Assembly: GCA_963801355.1 (NCBI GenBank)
Contig: CAWDEM010000008.1
Span: forward strand, 1,792,001 to 1,856,000
Reading direction: 5' to 3'
Origin: Ignavibacteriota bacterium
GTDB lineage: Bacteria; Bacteroidota; Ignavibacteria; UBA10030; UBA6906
DNA: 64,000 nucleotides
This document shows, one piece after another, positions 62,826 to 64,000 of this stretch. How positions within the stretch are numbered: the stretch's first letter is position 1; every line of letters begins with the position of its first letter. The position numbers and the translations under genes are program-made. The notes beneath the pieces were generated by a model. That model saw only the letters and a list, made by a program, of their open reading frames with translations, did no database searches and was not told where the DNA came from.

Positions 62826-64000
62826 CTAGGGTCCAGCAATGAGTCTTCGAAGCTGATCAGCAGTGAGGTTGGGCGAAGGTTGGAATCGCTCACTCCCCAT
62901 GTAGCGTGCAAGACTGTAGCGCAACTGGCGGGCGACGGGGTTGTCCTGCAGTGAGCCGTAGATGTCGATGCTTGTTACAATGAGTCGCCCATTTCCAACT
63001 CTCGCTTCGAACAGCACCCCCAGCTTTCTGTTTGTCACCCAGTCGTCGATCACCTGCACAATCGGCCGAAACCCAGCCGGCAGGCTGTCAAGAATCATCG
63101 CTCCTGCACGGCTCAGGAGGTACCACCAATGATAGTTGCTGTGGCTTTCGGTCGGGAAGCCCTCGAGCGCAGGATGATCCGGATCGCAAAGGATGCCCAG
63201 CGTGTGAGGAGCCTGGCGGCCCGTCCACGAAGTGTTCCAGAATATGCTCGAGAATCCAAGAGCCACGGGTCCCCGGCTGTCCCCACGGGTGCGATCTGGG
63301 GGGATCATGAGCAAGACTTTGCCGCCGCTATCCAGTAGTGCAACAACGGAGTCGGTGAGATCCCGGGTAACGGTAATCGTATTCGGAGGGAACTCCGGGA
63401 CACGTGCGGGATATATCCAGACGTCCCAGTCGTTTTCAAACTCTGTCCCATCCAGGCCGGCAATCAACCGGTAGCAGGCCGGAGCAGCAAGCTGCCGGGG
63501 AATGATTTGAATGTGGCCCAGCGGGATGGCATTGCCGAGGGGAATATCCTTTGCTGGAAATCTCCCCTGGGCTGCAATGTTGCCTCTGCTGTCAACCAGC
63601 TTCCAGTACGGAATGGCATTCTCAAGAGGCCCGGGACCAAAATGCGCGACTTCAATGTCGGCTTCAATGCTATCCTCGTTGGTGAACACTCTCCGGCTCA
63701 AACGGGCAAGCGGAACCGTGGTGTTACAGAACCGGCGGAATTCTGCAGGGGTTATGTAGCCTTTGGATTCCCAGAAGGGATCGAGAACGCCGACTAGTGC
63801 GGTTCCCTGACCCGGAAAGTCGTGCAAGTCCAGGAGTTCAAAACCACCCATTCCCGGGGTCCTCAACGCCGACTCGATTTCCTCCTTGTAGCAGAGAGCC
63901 TGAAGCTTCCCTGATGCGATGAGGAACTGATGCGCCTGGTCGCCCATGTGATGAGCTTCGAGCCCATCCCGGAAGATTTCGAAATTCCTCGGCTTGAGGT
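62826..64000 (-). CDS. C-terminal part of a GH2-like glycoside hydrolase (5' end outside window)
   Basis: 'YKEEIE..LRTP..GGF.LLDLHDFPGQGTALVG.LD' and 'PIVQVIDDW..NRKLG', typical of GH2-like beta-galactosidase/glucuronidase C-termini. Confidence 0.75.
   Translation of the reverse strand, partial: LKPRNFEIFRDGLEAHHMGDQAHQFLIASGKLQALCYKEEIESALRTPGMGGFELLDLHDFPGQGTALVGVLDPFWESKGYITPAEFRRFCNTTVPLARLSRRVFTNEDSIEADIEVAHFGPGPLENAIPYWKLVDSRGNIAAQGRFPAKDIPLGNAIPLGHIQIIPRQLAAPACYRLIAGLDGTEFENDWDVWIYPARVPEFPPNTITVTRDLTDSVVALLDSGGKVLLMIPPDRTRGDSRGPVALGFSSIFWNTSWTGRQAPHTLGILCDPDHPALEGFPTESHSNYHWWYLLSRAGAMILDSLPAGFRPIVQVIDDWVTNRKLGVLFEARVGNGRLIVTSIDIYGSLQDNPVARQLRYSLARYMGSERFQPSPNLTADQLRRLIAGP

Overview
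Bacterial DNA, most likely from an Ignavibacteria-like or other non-Bacteroidia member of the Bacteroidota/FCB group. This is inferred from three 'NxPNPFNPST' T9SS sorting domains together with sigma70-type TTGACx-N17-TAxxAT promoters and Shine-Dalgarno sites. The left part (1-19.2 kb) holds a MenA/UbiA-like gene, an ABC-2 exporter, a GxGYxYP protein, an FAD oxidase, katG and three tandem transmembrane Hanks-type Ser/Thr kinases. Two kinases and the unrelated UbiA-like gene share a homologous 97-nt promoter/leader block. At ~19.3 kb a tRNA 3'-end fragment followed by a terminator looks like an att site. To its right lies a ~44 kb, almost entirely minus-strand hemicellulose (xylan/arabinan) utilisation region: GH38, CE15, GH127, CE1-like esterases, DUF1593, 2x GH51, GH3, GH27, GH43-CBM6, GH95, GH10, GH9, GH115 and GH2. 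Its uptake core has a TonB-dependent receptor but no SusD. Instead the receptor is followed by a T9SS-cargo protein and a parvulin lipoprotein. The region also carries several deletion scars and pseudogenes. All family calls come from motif recognition, not database searches.
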